From positions 1,054,001 to 1,118,000 of the forward strand of contig OZ316896.1 in assembly GCA_973895155.1 (NCBI GenBank): a stretch of 64,000 nucleotides of DNA, in the 5' to 3' direction. The position numbers were made by a program, and so were the translations under genes. Source of the DNA: Marsupella aquatica. Taxonomy: Eukaryota > Plantae > Marchantiophyta. Positions 49,738 to 63,742 of this stretch are shown piece after piece (positions within the stretch are counted from its first letter, which is position 1; the number at the start of each line of letters is the position of its first letter). The notes beneath the pieces were generated by a model. That model did no database searches. It worked only from the letters and a program-made list of their open reading frames with translations, and was not told where the DNA came from.

Positions 49738-52700
49738 TTATGAATGCACGGGTGGCCAGCCAAAATATCGTTCCAGTGAATCTGCTCCGAACACATTAGT
49801 GGCAATTGGAGATGCTCCAGATGGAGCAACATGCAGCTGATGCCGAATAAACCGCTGCAGCCAAAGACCATCTCAATTAGTTTGACACCAAGATGATAAA
49901 AATTCTTCAATTGAACAAAGAATTCCAAGACCCAAGTGGTTTGTGCAAAATAAGGTTCTGGATGCATACAGCCAGCTGTGAGATGATTTCAGAGGATGTA
50001 TCCACGTGCCAATCTGGATCCAACTGCCGTACGAATGATGTCCTACCAGCTTCAGTTGAACAGAATAGAACCTGCTTATACAATGCTGTCAGTTATGTGT
50101 GAAAAAGACTAGTTCGCATTCTGATCTTGAGGAAAAAATGTTTGGTAAGAAGTTCATAGCTCAATTTCTTGGGTCTAACTCAGACCAGGCCCAGACCCCC
50201 TTTTGATACTTGCACCTTATGCCACGTCCCACTTAGAAATACCGGACCACAAGAGCAATCACAATTGTTCAATCAACACGGAAGGAAACAAACCAGTCCA
50301 ACAAAATGTCCGAGAAAGCGGACGTAAACCCACCCACACCAATCCCAAAATTAACATTTGCAACTGCCCTGTAATCTCGTAAGATCCAACCGAGCTGCTC
50401 AAACAGAAATCTTCCATTTGCTCTAGTAAACCAACTTGGAAAATAAACTAATCTAAAATGGAACAGCTTTGAGTCATGTACTGGACCTTATTCCGATTCA
50501 GACCTCCAACTGTGAAAATGCCAATGGCATCCAGTGCCGCTAACACCAATGCCTGCAGAGAAAGGCGACGGTACTTCAGTCTCCTGAGCAAGTAAAAGCT
50601 GTTCATAAAAGCAATTTCGGGTCTTAACCTTGTTATCTCCTCATCAACATTAACAGTAGGATCTACTCCTTAACAAACTTTCATGACAGCATGAAGGGAA
50701 TCAAGATGCTAAAGAGGCAGTGCAAGAAAAGATGGTAGTTAAAGTGGTTCCCAATCAACCTCGCTCTGATCATCCAAGACCGTTGCAAGTAGATACAGGT
50801 CACAAGATCGAGAAATTTCCAGCAACACATCCACTACTGCCGGTCTAACCACTGCATGTTTCTGCATTTTGCCAAACACCAGTACAAGGTAAGCATAAGA
50901 ACTTAATCAGCGCCAAAGAGAGGTTCTGGTAAGCCATATTCTCCGGTCATAGGCTAATTAATACATTGACTTAAATCTTCTTAAGACCATATGATGTGCT
51001 TGAAGCCATCAATTGGAACACACTTGCCAGTTGACATAAATACCTGAACCTCGTCTGGGTTACTCTCCTCAAGTATCACACCGATTAAATTCAAGGTCAG
51101 CTGCGGGAACATCCAATTTAGTTACATAGAAGACTGAGGTCACCTTTTCAAGCATATCTCAGTAGTCCAGCACGTCAGATTACACAATGGGATCACTAAT
51201 CAGTGCTCCTGAGAAAATTTAATTTATTTCAAACACACAGACCCGTTCAATACTGACGCACAGAATGAATGTACGAAATGAATGAATGTAGTCCATCAAG
51301 AAAAATAAATAGAACCAAACTGACCTTCCTGCCACCCTGTAGTTGCCGCCTCACCGTTTGTGCCAAAGTAAGCTGTCAAAGAAGATATTCGTGCAAAATT
51401 GAGACCAAATACTCTTCTTTGCAAATTTCAGACAGCGAAAACAAGCTAGGCACGTTTCACTAGTTTTCTTGGCGATGGGATATATAGTGCTTGAACCAGG
51501 ACAACAATTTGATGACCGATTGATCCAGAAGGTATCAAACCTGTGATGTTGAAGTTGAATCACGAATTACAACACCACGTTGGGTGGGCTGCGTGATTGA
51601 CTTTGCTATTGCTGTGGACATAGCCTCTGGACTTGTTTCCATTGGGGGAGCATTCGACGATGAAGGAGCATCACGCTTACTGAACCTTTTGTTGGGTTGC
51701 CGACGCGGACCTTTCAGGTATCTCCAGGTACAGATGAATGCTATAGCAAAACCAGCTATGGCACCTGCTGAACTAGCGTTCTGAAGAAATTGACACAACC
51801 ACAAAACCAAAGCCAGCTGACTCAAATATCAGTAGACAGCGGTACATCAAACACCGTGCAAATAGTGGCATGTACCAAATGTTCCCGCATCTCCTCTCAT
51901 GTCTTATACCTAGCCTAACCACCCAATATGCCAACATTAAGCAGCCGTCATCTTGTTGTTCTCAAGCAGGTAGGAACTGATGACATCAATATTCTGCACA
52001 ATAGGCATCGCATCGCCTGTGGGGTTTTACGCAAGGACATAGCTTTCACAAACAAACCTCAACAATAAGGTGCTATTAATTCTCAATCCCAAACAGAGTA
52101 TTATTGTGCGTTTGTGACGTGAAATGCTGATTTCGTCGCCCCGTATTGTCTTGCTCTGGCAACAATCTGATATGTGAAACCTACTTGTCATTAACTTGGT
52201 GTACTCGTGATAACAAATTCATAGATAAATTATTGGATTCGCAATGTGACTCTTAATGCAGTCCATGCTAACCTTCAAAGGCGGCATTGCTTGAAAGCAA
52301 CAAGACTACTCAGAAGTTGGGTCGTCTTCTTTCTTAGAACATGGTTTTGCTGCCAGAGAAAATATGGGATACGTGAATGCGACATATTATATTGTTTCCT
52401 TATCTAAATGAGAGGACATAGAAAGCTAGATACATCAACTTGAAAGTGCTAACAGTCCAGAATCACCGAGAAACCTTGCCAGATGAAACGCAAGAGACGG
52501 AATATTACTGACGCCGACATTCCTGGTTGAGACGGTGGATAAGCAGTACCAAGAATAGAAAAAAGTTTCTCGCTGCCTATTGATGTTAGTAACGACAGCT
52601 AAAAGTGAATTATTGTTTCGAGCTTATCGACGAATTAGACAACGCTAGGCTGAAGAAAGCCATGGAAGCGTGTTGCCCAGGACCCTACAACAACAGATCC

Positions 52701-53388
52701 AACTGCCCACCATTGTTTCATTGTGAACTACAGACCATAATTACATAATTTTGGAGCCAACAATCACCAAAAAGAAGGGGTTCAGTAGGACAGTCATGTA
52801 CCACCGCCTCACACAATGCAATACGGCAAATTGGAGCCTAGTTTCTCCCTTGGGCTCCCAAGCAAAACCAGATTTTTGAAATTTCTGCTCTAACTTTTCG
52901 CGGAGCTAGGGTTAAAAGGCTGCTTCCCTGACTAGACTTATCTACTAGGAGTCACCATGAGGCGGGTATAACTAATTTCCCAAGGAAAAACAGACTTCTT
53001 AGAGAAAAGTAGTGCAACAATCCCCAAGTAAATGGGTCTACTGGAGTGACTGGTGATTATTTAATGAGGATGAGCCATTCGAGCTCCACTAACAAACCAA
53101 CGCAGAGTTCTGTTGAAGACTTGGATAATCTAAGACATTTCACAATGCTGTCAAGCAGTGACCGCCAGGAAAATTATTAAAATACTTCACGAAAAGATCA
53201 GTCAAACGAAGAGCAATGTGTAAGAAAAGTTCGAAATTGTTGTCAAGGGAGCGTGTGATGTGTGGGTTTAAATGTTTTCTTACCCTGTAGCGGACAAAAA
53301 ATGCGATGAGATGGGAAAGCTTCAGCGTGAGCGAGGCACTTAAACCCCGTAGAAGTTGTACCAGCTCCTCCCCTATTGATTCGCCCAT
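49738..53388 (-). CDS. PEX22: Peroxisome biogenesis protein 22 (PEX4 membrane anchor), 278 aa, 8 exons
   Basis: Exons 53388-53284, 51780-51541, 51372-51325, 51100-51044, 50861-50760, 50552-50487, 50071-49970 and 49854-49738, all GT-AG. TM AGAIAGFAIAFICTW; GVILEESNPDEVQ; VLFCSTEAGRTSFVRQLDPDWHVDT; QLARFIRHQLHV all match plant PEX22. Confidence 0.95.
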
Positions 53389-54049
53389 ATCCCTAGCTAT
53401 ATCGCCTCCAACCCTTCCAGCAACGAATGCACTTCTCGTCTTCGCAATGAAAGATCTACTACTGATGCCCTTCCACTGTACCCTACAGGGCAGAAAATGG
53501 TCCTTTCCGTGCTATTCTTCAACTTTCCACTCCCAACGGCTCAGTCTCGTCTCCTCCTGCAGTGACTAGTACACAAAAGGACCTCCTCTGTGAACTTCTT
53601 TGAGGACCTCCGAGTTCTGAAATTGATATACCGTGGAAATTCTCACCGCGATGTGCTCAGAAGATATCCACCGGTGCCTCTTTTCAAAGCGCAACGATAA
53701 ACAAAACAGGATCTGCTCACTTCACCAGGTGCAATCTTGCTCCAAGATTTGCTTGTCGATCAACTTCAACTGCATGCCTCCCTCCTTCCCTCCCTCCCTC
53801 AAATTCTTAAAATTCCTGCAATCACCGAATTTCTCCACAGCAACCCTCTCCTTGAAAACACACACCCCCGAAATACTCCCAAACCTTGCCGAGAACCTGT
53901 AGATAGACAACCTTCAAACGGGATCCCAGCCCTCCGACACCGAAGTTATCTTTCCTTCCTAACCGAATGCATACATCCACCTTCACACACTCTCCGCGAT
54001 GTCAACCCTCCACAACCTTATGATTACTGTGGTTTCGAAGCGGGACTAT

Positions 54050-54140
54050 CTGTCCATCCATCCATCTATCCATCCCGCCATCAATCTATCTCTCTCTATC
54101 TACTTCTCTCTCTCTCTATCTCTATCTCTATCTATCTACA
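54050..54140. repeat. (TCCA)n/(TCTA)n/(TC)n microsatellite in the putative PEX22 5' leader
   Basis: TCCATCCATCCATCTATCCATCC..TCTATCTCTCTCTATCTAC.. Confidence 0.8.
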
Positions 54141-55647
54141 TTCAATTCGCCTTCCCGAATTTGCCTCCCGCCAACCCCAAAAGGTGATCCTTCGTCGGTC
54201 GATCGCCGGTGCCTACCGTGGGCCACTGATTACTCTGTCTGTCCTGAACGCCAGGGTGCACTCTACCATGCACCTCGTTCTCGTCTCCGTCCTCTTCCCT
54301 GTGCATTCATCACAGGCCACCACACCACACCGCACCACTTTCGCAGCAGAGAAGAGCAGAGCACGAGGCTGGAGAGGAGGAGTACAGTAGGATTGCCACC
54401 ATTATCCTCTACTGTACATGCGCGATGGGAGCGAAACTCTCTGCTCTGCAACTGAGCCTGAGCCTGAGCTTGAAGGCAGCGACGAAAAGGCAAACAGGCC
54501 GGCCGACCGCTGACGCCATTAATATAATCCATCCTCGGCAAGCAAGCAAGTCGAATCCTTCGGAGCGACTGAAAACGGACCACGGGCAAGAAAGCAAACG
54601 TGTGTCTGCCTTCCCACAGAGACGACAGTATGACTGTCGTAGGCACTCGTTCTCTTTCGAAGAAATGGGCATTACGGAACTCTCACTTACTGTACCGCAG
54701 AGACTCTCGGGTTAGCTCAAAAAATAATTCATTTATTGATTGTTATTATGATCTAGCCTTTCTTGGCTTTTCACATGACAGTCATCATTGAATTTAATTC
54801 ACAGCCCCATGACCCATCATAAATAGATATGAAGATAAATGTCTTGCACAATAAAATTATATGCTATTTTGGCTAATCTTTGCCCAATTCTTGTTTTTTG
54901 TCTATTCTCATTTCAATTTTGTCTTTATTTAAAGTTAATGTCACTTTTGTCCATCCTCATTTGCAATTTTGATCTTAATGAATCTCATCATCAGTTAGGG
55001 TCTGGAGTCTTCCCTCTAGACCTAGGCCCTTAAAAGTAGATTTCAGTTGGCGCTTTTATAGTAAGATTATGGGGGTCAAAAACCTCAAAATATGATAGTA
55101 GTTAGCATAGGGATCAAATATGATAGTAGTTGAGAATACTAACAGAAATAGTTGTCATATTCATAGTCCATATTAAGTTTTTGCTATAACGGTTGGTCAT
55201 ATGCCATGATGCCATAAGTCATGGTAGAGGCTACTGAGAAAAAACACTCATAAACTTTTACATAACCTTATGAAAAAGATATGGCCATTTGTTTATGGCC
55301 AAAAGCCATCATCCGGCACTTTGAAGCATTTACATGCTCTTATTCGTCATTTTTACTACCTTGCTGCCCTTTGTGATTTTCCACCTTTGTATTTTTCAGA
55401 ACATTTTGGAAACACAATGCCCAAGTCAAGATCTGGATCACCTCTTTAGTAAGATTCTTGTCTTACTTTTACCAAAGTTAGAAAAAGACAAATCTTTCTG
55501 GCCTTTACTTATAGTAAGCCTGGTCCAGTTTCCAAAGCATCATCAACAATAATAGCCCCTCAAAACTTGACCTGAAACTCTCATTTTGGGGGAATTGTAT
55601 CCCACAATGTCCTCTAAACAGGACTTTAGAGTATACTTATCCCCAAA

Positions 55648-55978
55648 CAGCTTTTTACTAACCAGTCCCCTAAATTACCCAGTATTATTAACTTGTCCCC
55701 CGAACAAAATTAAATATCAACTTGTCCCCCATTTGTATTTGGGTTAATATTAACTCGTACATGGGTTCCCGTAACCAAGTAAGGCCGATGAAGGGGGGCC
55801 AAGGGGTGCTGCGGTGGGCTCAGGCTATCCAGTAGCAACTTGCCACATGGTAATGGGAACCCATATACATGTTAATATTAATATAAATACAAAATGGGGG
55901 ACATGTTGATAATTAATTTTGTTTTGGGGGCACCTTAGCAATATTGGGTAATTTGGGGGACAGGTTAGTAAAAAGCTC
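55648..55978. mobile_element. Mutator-like MITE (331 bp), ~130-bp TIRs, 10-bp TSD
   Basis: AGCTTTTTACTAACCAGTCCCCTAAATTACCCAGTATT..GGGTTCCC is mirrored at 55850-55978. Flanks TATCCCCAAA and TATCCACAAA. Inserted at the edge of the 14-kb-family repeat. Confidence 0.82.
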
Positions 55979-58659
55979 TATCCACAAAACTGCACAACTT
56001 TCTCAAGCTACCCCCCAAAACTGTTTTAATCCCTATGCTGCCCCCATGGATTAATCTTAGCTGCACATTCCAATTATTTGAGTTATTTATGGCTGATGAG
56101 ACCTTGCAAGGGGGCAACATACTGATTAACTTATTTCAGGGAAACTTAGTAATTTTGTTCAATTTGTGGGTGACAAAATTAAAAATGGTATTGAGAAGAC
56201 CCTCAAAAACATTTAGGTAGTGTTTGTTAGTGAAGTTACAGCAAACTAAAGAGATCCATCATAGATCTCTAGCCGTATGTTCTAGTGCGCCTCAACATAA
56301 GCTTACCCCTTAGAGGACATTTGCAGACTTATTTACAACTCTCGATATGGACCATTACTTAATCACACTAATGCAATTGTAAATCTTTATGCCTGATTTT
56401 CCCCTCTTTCTAGATTTTGGGGTTTACATTTGCCCCCCTTTTTTTTAGAGTTTAGTGTTTGCCCTCCCTGGACCTCTTGTGAGTTTACTCCGTAATTGTT
56501 TGTACAATTGTGCCTGTTTTCAGGGCCACCCCACCCATATCTGTGTCCCAAAAATCACGGTCCAGAGGCTTCACTGTAGAAGGTAACCTTATCCTAGGTT
56601 TTGATTGTGCTAGATTAGACAGATGAATAAAGTGTTTCTGATGGACTTATTGGTGCACACTAATGGTGTGAGTGTTTGGTAACGACCCTCCTAGCAGAGA
56701 TTTCTCCTGAACAAGGCCAGCAGACTTTCCTACTTAGGGTTTTCATGTAGGAGATCTCCCCGGAGGAGTTTAAGAAAGGAAGAACCTGTGCACTAATGGC
56801 AGCCCCTTTACATACATAGTGTTTGATGATGGTATGGTTGGTCCTGAACTAGTTTAAGCACAAATGGTTTCAGATCCAACTGCTCCTGAAATTATTGCTG
56901 TGAAGTTGATAAATTGGGAAAGTTCATGATCAAATGGACCATAACTATTGATTTTAAGTTTCTCTCCCTCCTCTGGTTGTTGCGGCTGGTACTTTTGAAT
57001 TAATATGCACATCATTGCCTTTTTGATAAAACAACCAAAAACACACCAGAAACAACAAATTGTTGGATCCCAAGAATCTCAAACATTTGACACCCAACAA
57101 GGTATGTCTGCAGTAATCCCTCGTCGCAGACTATTCTTCAAAACAGCAATTGCTTCAATCGTGGTACAAGCCCCATGGATGTCATTCCCCTGTGAAGTGT
57201 CTTGAGACCAAGTTTCCTTGAAAACATTTTTATAAATTTTAATACCGTGAAACCCCACGGATAGGGGGGACAACCAGAACCACACACCAAAAAAGGGCAG
57301 TGGAAAACACAACAGCGGACAATTCACAGCCGGCCCTTGCCGTCCAGTTAGGCGCGCGAGGGCACAGAGAAAACCTACCAAGCCCATACCATGACCCTAC
57401 CAAGTGCATCAATCCGCACAATCCTGCAGAGCCTCAAACAACATGCGTGATATGACATCTCTGATCGGACCTGAGCCACCTCCTATGATGAACATCTATC
57501 CACTCCCTGGCAAGAGTCGGTCACGACAGTTTCAAATGCAACTCTATCCTCTTGTGCTGGCAACTTGGGTGCCCAGGGTCAAACCCTGGCCAGATAGCTC
57601 TGTTACAAGGAATTTGGATGCTTCTTGGCCTTGGCCCAACATGCAATACTTGTTTTGACCCAGTAAGTTGAGGTTCCTACTTCTGACTGCTATCAGACTG
57701 TGACTTGGGAGTCCTACACTTTCCCTTTGGGCTATCTTTAAGGTCATGGGTTCACTTACTATGGTCCTTGCCCTGTCACTCTTCTCCCCATGTAGGTTTG
57801 AACTTTTCATTACAAGCTGTACATTCTCAATGCAAAGCCGAGTAGCCTAGCAAACACAACATAAAATGTCATGTCCAACCATTAACCAACCTTGGACCTG
57901 AAAGTAAGATCAACCGTTATATGACATTTATAATTATATGGTGTCCCATATTTCTTGCGCATATGTGGGTTGACATGCGGTCCTACACCTCGTAAAGGGG
58001 AACATATGCCCTTAATCCTACACATTAACATTGGAAGATTTATTTCAGTGGTTGACAGCTGCATGCTTCCACACCACTACCACTTTCTGTATGATTATGC
58101 TCAAATAGTTGTATTCCATACAATTAGATTTTGCTTTTCAGTATCCAAACAGTTGTCAGGCATCCGTGGGAATGCTGATGGAAGGTGGTCAAAGTTTGCA
58201 CTAAATCAGCTTGATTAGTTTCTTGACAGGGTAGTCAAAGTCATCAACTGGAATAAGCGACAGGTTCCTTTTTCATTTTATGATGTAAACTCAACAATCA
58301 TTTTACTCAATCCATGGGAATGGGCGGGGAAGACCTCTTGGTCCATCTGGGTTTCAGATTCTCAGAATCAGCACAAAACGTAAGTAATTATTAGTATATT
58401 TTTTGTTAGTGAAGTCAAAATTAAAAATTGTGCAACCTCCAAAAATTTCTCTTGAGGTGGTCACAATTTTGCGATGCAAAAATATCAAGAATATTTCAAG
58501 GATGTAGATTCTCAGGAGGACCGTATGCCCACAATGCCAGAGGTGGTGTATCCCCTACACCCTTAGCGTATCAGAGTCAGCACAAAACATAAATAATTAT
58601 TATTATGCTTTTATTAATCAAGTCCAAAATTTTAACATAAAAATTTGTGCAACCTCTAT

Positions 58660-58891
58660 AACTGAAAATTCTTCTGTGGTTTCCCAGTTGGGAGTTTAAC
58701 TGGGAAATTCTATTCTGAAAATTCTTCTGTGGTTTCCCAGTTAACTCTCCCGAATAATAATAAAAACCCGTCCCCTCAATTCGGTCCTGAGAACTCTCCC
58801 TAATAATAATAATAAAAAACCCGTCCCCTCAATTCGGTCCTGAGAACTCTCCCTAATAATAATAATAAAAAAACGTCCCCTCAATTCGGTC
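58660..58891. repeat. Tandem repeats in the CCC1 upstream region (28-bp x2; ~51-bp x3)
   Basis: CTGAAAATTCTTCTGTGGTTTCCCAGTT x2; AACTCTCCC(T/G)AATAATAAT..AAAAACCCGTCCCCTCAATTCGGTC x3. Confidence 0.85.
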
Positions 58892-60220
58892 ACTTCTGTT
58901 CCTCTCTAGTCTCCACCAACTCTCGATTTTGCAGCTCCCTTTCTTCTCTTCTCTCCTCTCCTCTCCTCTGCTTCGGTTCGCTTTTTTGGCCTTTGGCAGT
59001 GCGGCGGCATCCATGATCTACCTGCAGAAGAGGAAGAAGAAGAAGACCGTCACCTCTGGCATTGTTGATTTGTTGGCGTCGAGCGTGTTCTTTCCGAGGA
59101 CTGCGTTTCTCACGCGTGCAGGATCTGATAATTGCCTTGCCCTCCGCCTTCGCTTTGGCTTCTCGCGCAGATCTGAACGCACTTTTCAGCTCGGAGGGAG
59201 CCTCGGAGGGAAGGTCGGACGCAGGGAGCCAATTGACACTTTCAAAAGTCGATCGCGCGCGCGTAGGTTTGTTGTGTGAACGCGAGAATGCTTAGCAGGG
59301 AAGAAAGGGGAGGAGGGATCGGGACGCGGAGATCTGAGTTTTCGGGCAGTATTGTAGGTTGGCTGGCTTGCAGCTGGCTGGCTTCCGAGTTGAGGCAACG
59401 CTAGCCGAGGGGAGTTTTAATTTTGGCGAGTAGTGAGCAGGATTGCTGTTTTTCTTGGGAAAAGCAGTTTCTCTCCGGATTTATAGTATCTCTTTGGAGG
59501 ACCGGGTGAGTGGAGTGTGTCTAGATCCGGCACCTATCTAGGTCATTGGAGTGACAATCACTTTTCGGCACGTTTGGATTTACGTTTAGCATTTTGCATC
59601 GGGGAAGGAGCTCAATTCGGACGATGAGAACGAGTGATCGTGTTGTTTTCGGAATCTGGTTTGCGCACGAGAGGATGGAGCGGTGGAGCTCTGGGTGAGT
59701 GGAACGCTCGAAAGCTGGAGTAGAGATGCGAACACTATCCACTCCCGAGGAGATTTTATTTGAGCTAGTGGTGATCCCGACTTCTGCTCCTATCAGACTC
59801 GAGCACGTTCATTGAAAGTCATCTCATAACCCGTCTCAGCTATATGAACGTGTTGCTGACAGATTTTGGCTCTCCGATCTGCTAGTCGAATTTATAATGT
59901 GAATTGTGGCCAACGGAGCGGGTACTTTAAACAATTCGCCCACTTTACTTTACTGGATCACGAATAGTTGCAGATCTTCGTGATCGACTCCCAGAAATTA
60001 ACCTGAACGATGCTAGTAATGCATCAGCTATCCACGGTTTCCATGAGAAAGACTTGCGGCGTGGGCTCGTTGTGGATTCATTTACACAGAAGGGCTCTCT
60101 ATCAATGATAGATTAGAATTTTATGTAAATTTGAGTTGAATATCATTTGGAGCTCAACACTACATACGAAACAAAGTTCAGAAGCGGAGGTGTCGTCCTC
60201 CGCTGCAGTTTTCCGGAAAG

Positions 60221-63200
60221 ATGGAAAATGGGGACCATGACAACCTTCATGAGGGGCTTCCTCTGCAGGCCAATGGAGGTGGGACAGATGCAGTTTTGTC
60301 TGATATGTCTGCCGTTGATCTGTCGTCACCTGCACGATCTCCTTCACGGTCCCCCCCTCGCCCGATTGCTCCTGTTGCTCCCCGACCTATCATTCCTCGG
60401 TAAGTTACCGTGCGGTGCAGAGATGAAAACACTGATTGCGATCTAGCTAGTTGATTGTGATCTATCTGTGACAGTGTGGCGAGGATCTGCAGTTTAATGT
60501 TTCTTTTACACAGGGCTTTCCTTCTTTTGGTATGTTTGAATTTGAAGTTTCTCGTGTGGTCTCGAGAGCACAAGAATTCGTGTCTTTTGAAGAGAATTGT
60601 GTTTGAACTGAACTGAGCTGACTGCCCAACCGAGCCAAGGAACGGAGCTGGAATGTTGCGAGGCCCTGATTGAACAAACGAATGTCAAAAAACACTGGCT
60701 TATTGCTGTGAGGTGAAAAATCTCAACAGATCCCGAAAGCTGTCTGAATTGGCTGGTTTTGACCGCTAGCAACTTAAAATACGTGAAAACCACAGAAGAC
60801 AGACTACGTCAAAGAGTAAACAAGCCAAGGCAGGATAAGTTTGACCCGGTAGAGTCCAAATTTCAGCAACAGATAGGAAGACTGGGGCAAAACGACGTGA
60901 ACGAAAACCAAGAACAACAAAGCAGTGTGTGTTGGTTTTTGAAACAATACCGTCTAAGTACCATCATTTTTCTAATTATTGTGCTGTTACCCGTTTCTTT
61001 CGCAAACATTCCAATCAAGGTGTCAGAATTTGGATGGGATTTTAATCAGAAACGAGCTAGAGTGATGAACCGTTTTAACGTATTGTTAAATAGCTACTGT
61101 GTTTCGTTTTTGATACTCGTATGCGAGACCCTTCGTTACAGCAAATAAGTGGTCTGAGGGAGGGTCTGTACTCAACATGTACTCTCTGTTTCAACCTTGT
61201 AAAAACCTCTCGACTGATGGACTTCCATCTTATTTCTCTATTTTCCTACCTTTAGTGGAGCAGTTACTTTTTATGAAAATCTGCTGCTGCTCTCATTTAA
61301 GCGAGAGAAAGTGACATCTGACTTTATCGCCTCTCAGATTTCCAGCCATTAAATCTCGAGAGTTACGTGATGACCGGGATGACCATGGAGAACCACATTC
61401 CGATATCCCTGAGCGCATCCCGCGGGAGTCAAAGTTGGAGCTGTTTGAAGTGGATCCACTGGTTGATGTCAGGGGCCTTAAAAGGTATGTCATGGAGCTC
61501 TCTTTTCACCATAAAGCCAGCTCACTTACTAGCACTATTCTAATTTGCAGGTGCCACGGTCCATGGGTTCAGTACTTGTATGTATTTTCCAAGGTTTGTG
61601 GAATCTCCTGTACCGTTATTCTGAGCACTATGAAAGGATTTTTGAAGCAGCAGTAACAGTGTGCGTCCGTATCACGTGATTTATCAATCGACGAACATAT
61701 TGTTATCTGGATAGTTGATTTTTAAATCATTAGATTAAGTGGAAATTTGGTGTTAAGAGCCCACCTTCCTGAAGGAGTCATTTCAAATGAGAATATTCTC
61801 TTCTTATCTCAGGCGTTGCTGCGAAGAGTTAACTTTACTTCAGTACTCTCTTGGTAAAGTCATTCTAAATGTGAAGTGGTCTCCTCTTTTGCAGTATGGG
61901 ACAGCAACAGCCATCAACATCATTCAACCCTTTAGATGGGGAGGATGTTGCAATTACACTGGGTCGGCCAAGGGTAATGTCGAGCTCTCTTTCCGTTAGT
62001 TTTTTTCACTAAAGTTTTTGGAGAAAAGCATGCCCATCAGAGTAGGCCCGGCCAAACGATCTATGTATGGATTTCTTTGAGGGGGCAAGCTTCAAGTTTG
62101 TAGTTGCTTTCTAGGTTCCCGTTTGTGTTGTTTTCGTTCCGGTTCATGTCGTTAATTTGCTCTGTATTCGTACAAATACAAGGAATGACGGAATAGGCTT
62201 ATAACGTCCTATTTCCCTAATTAAGGCAGTAAATAAAGCACGAGTAGCTAAAGAGCAATTGTGGGCAAATTCCGGGACTCCGGAGTTGTACAGGAGCCCC
62301 CCATGGACAAATTAGGCTTTATAAGTTTTTAAACATCATCCATCTCCTTTGCGCAGGACCCGAACGATCCTTCCTACACTTCTCTTGTGCAGTCGAGGAG
62401 CGCAAAGCTTGGTACCCTCATAGGAGTGTTTATACCATGTCTTCAAAATATTCTGGGAATTATATTCTACATCCGTTTTTCCTGGTGAGTTTTGAACTTG
62501 CATCATTTTCCAAATAAAAGTATTGTAGTCAAGTAGAGCTCGCGTTGCTTGAACATGTTTTCATGTCATGATTCCTAAACCAGTCTCCTGAAGTGTGACT
62601 TGCATCGTTTGGCAGGATTGTAGGCATTGCAGGGATCTGGCAGAGCCTGCTGTTGGTTTCCTTATGTTGCCTGTGCACCTTCTTAACTGGTTTATCGCTG
62701 AGTGCTATAGCCACAAATGGGGCTATGAAGGTTCGTTATCTTTGCTTCCTGAATGTCCTGGTGAAATTATCGTAAAGCCAGAGTTCTCACTCTTTCAAGG
62801 TCTGCTTGCGTCCCAGGGGAAGGGCAGTCTCTTCCTACCAAAAATTCAAGAAAGTGCTCCAGAATTCTTGTTCGATTTTATCTTCACCATATTGTAGATG
62901 CTCAAAGAACCTGTCTCTCTTGTCAAAAGCCAACCTTAGCCTAAATCCTGGGTCTACAGAATGGCCTGAAAAGAGTGATAAGTTTCTTCTAGGTTTTCTT
63001 CGAGTGTTTCAATATGTCCGATCTCTGGACAGAGGCGATATAGATTCAGGAGACCTGAAGAACTAACGCCCTTAATTAAGACTAACCTGACATGGTCGCA
63101 ACCGAGGTTGATTGATAAATATCGCATGTAATGTTGTAGTACTCTTGAGTCGTGTTGTCGTAACAGAATGTCCTTTTGTTTGCAAGAGGATCCACAGGTT

Positions 63201-63742
63201 GCGAGCAGTATTTGGCATCTTATATTTATGGAAAGTCTCGCCTATCACCTAAGTTCTCAAAGCTCTCGCTGGTTTGGTGTGGCAGGGCGGTGGTCCTTAT
63301 TATCTTATTGGTCGCGCCCTTGGTCCAGAAGTTGGCGTTAGTATCGGTCTATGCTTCTTTCTGGGGAATGCCGTCGCAGGATCCCTGTAAGTAATCACAT
63401 ATGATATAGCAGCTCTTCCCAAATCGAAAGGGGCAATGGCCGAGCGTTATTAGTTGGAGAACAGGTTTCTTTAAATAGAATCTAAAGGGCAAGAATATTC
63501 ATGAAGGGTTGAAGTAAAAGATGTGGCGACAGCGTTAAGTGTTCCGTCAGAGCTAAGTGCATGTGACATCTAGACTTTGTTGTGGCCATATGGCTTGGAT
63601 GGATATGTTCATCTACCTACTTTTCACGTTACTTTTCCATTCTACAACGTTTGCCATTGGTGGTTACTTCATCATTTCAGGTATGTATTAGGAGCGGTGG
63701 AGACGTTTTTAGATGCAATCCCTGGAGCTGGCATGTTCAAGC
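60221..63742 (+). CDS. CCC1: Cation-chloride cotransporter (SLC12/CCC1), 5' partial; gene continues beyond the window
   Basis: Exons 60221-60399, 61338-61484, 61895-61973, 62357(or 62393)-62484, 62616-62730, 63286-63386 and 63681-63742. Motifs [95 protein letters not shown]. Confidence 0.96.

Noticed and set aside
53737-54715. 217-aa and neighbouring ORFs upstream of PEX22
   Set aside because: They run through microsatellites in the presumed 5' leader/promoter, are low complexity, and show no homology cues.
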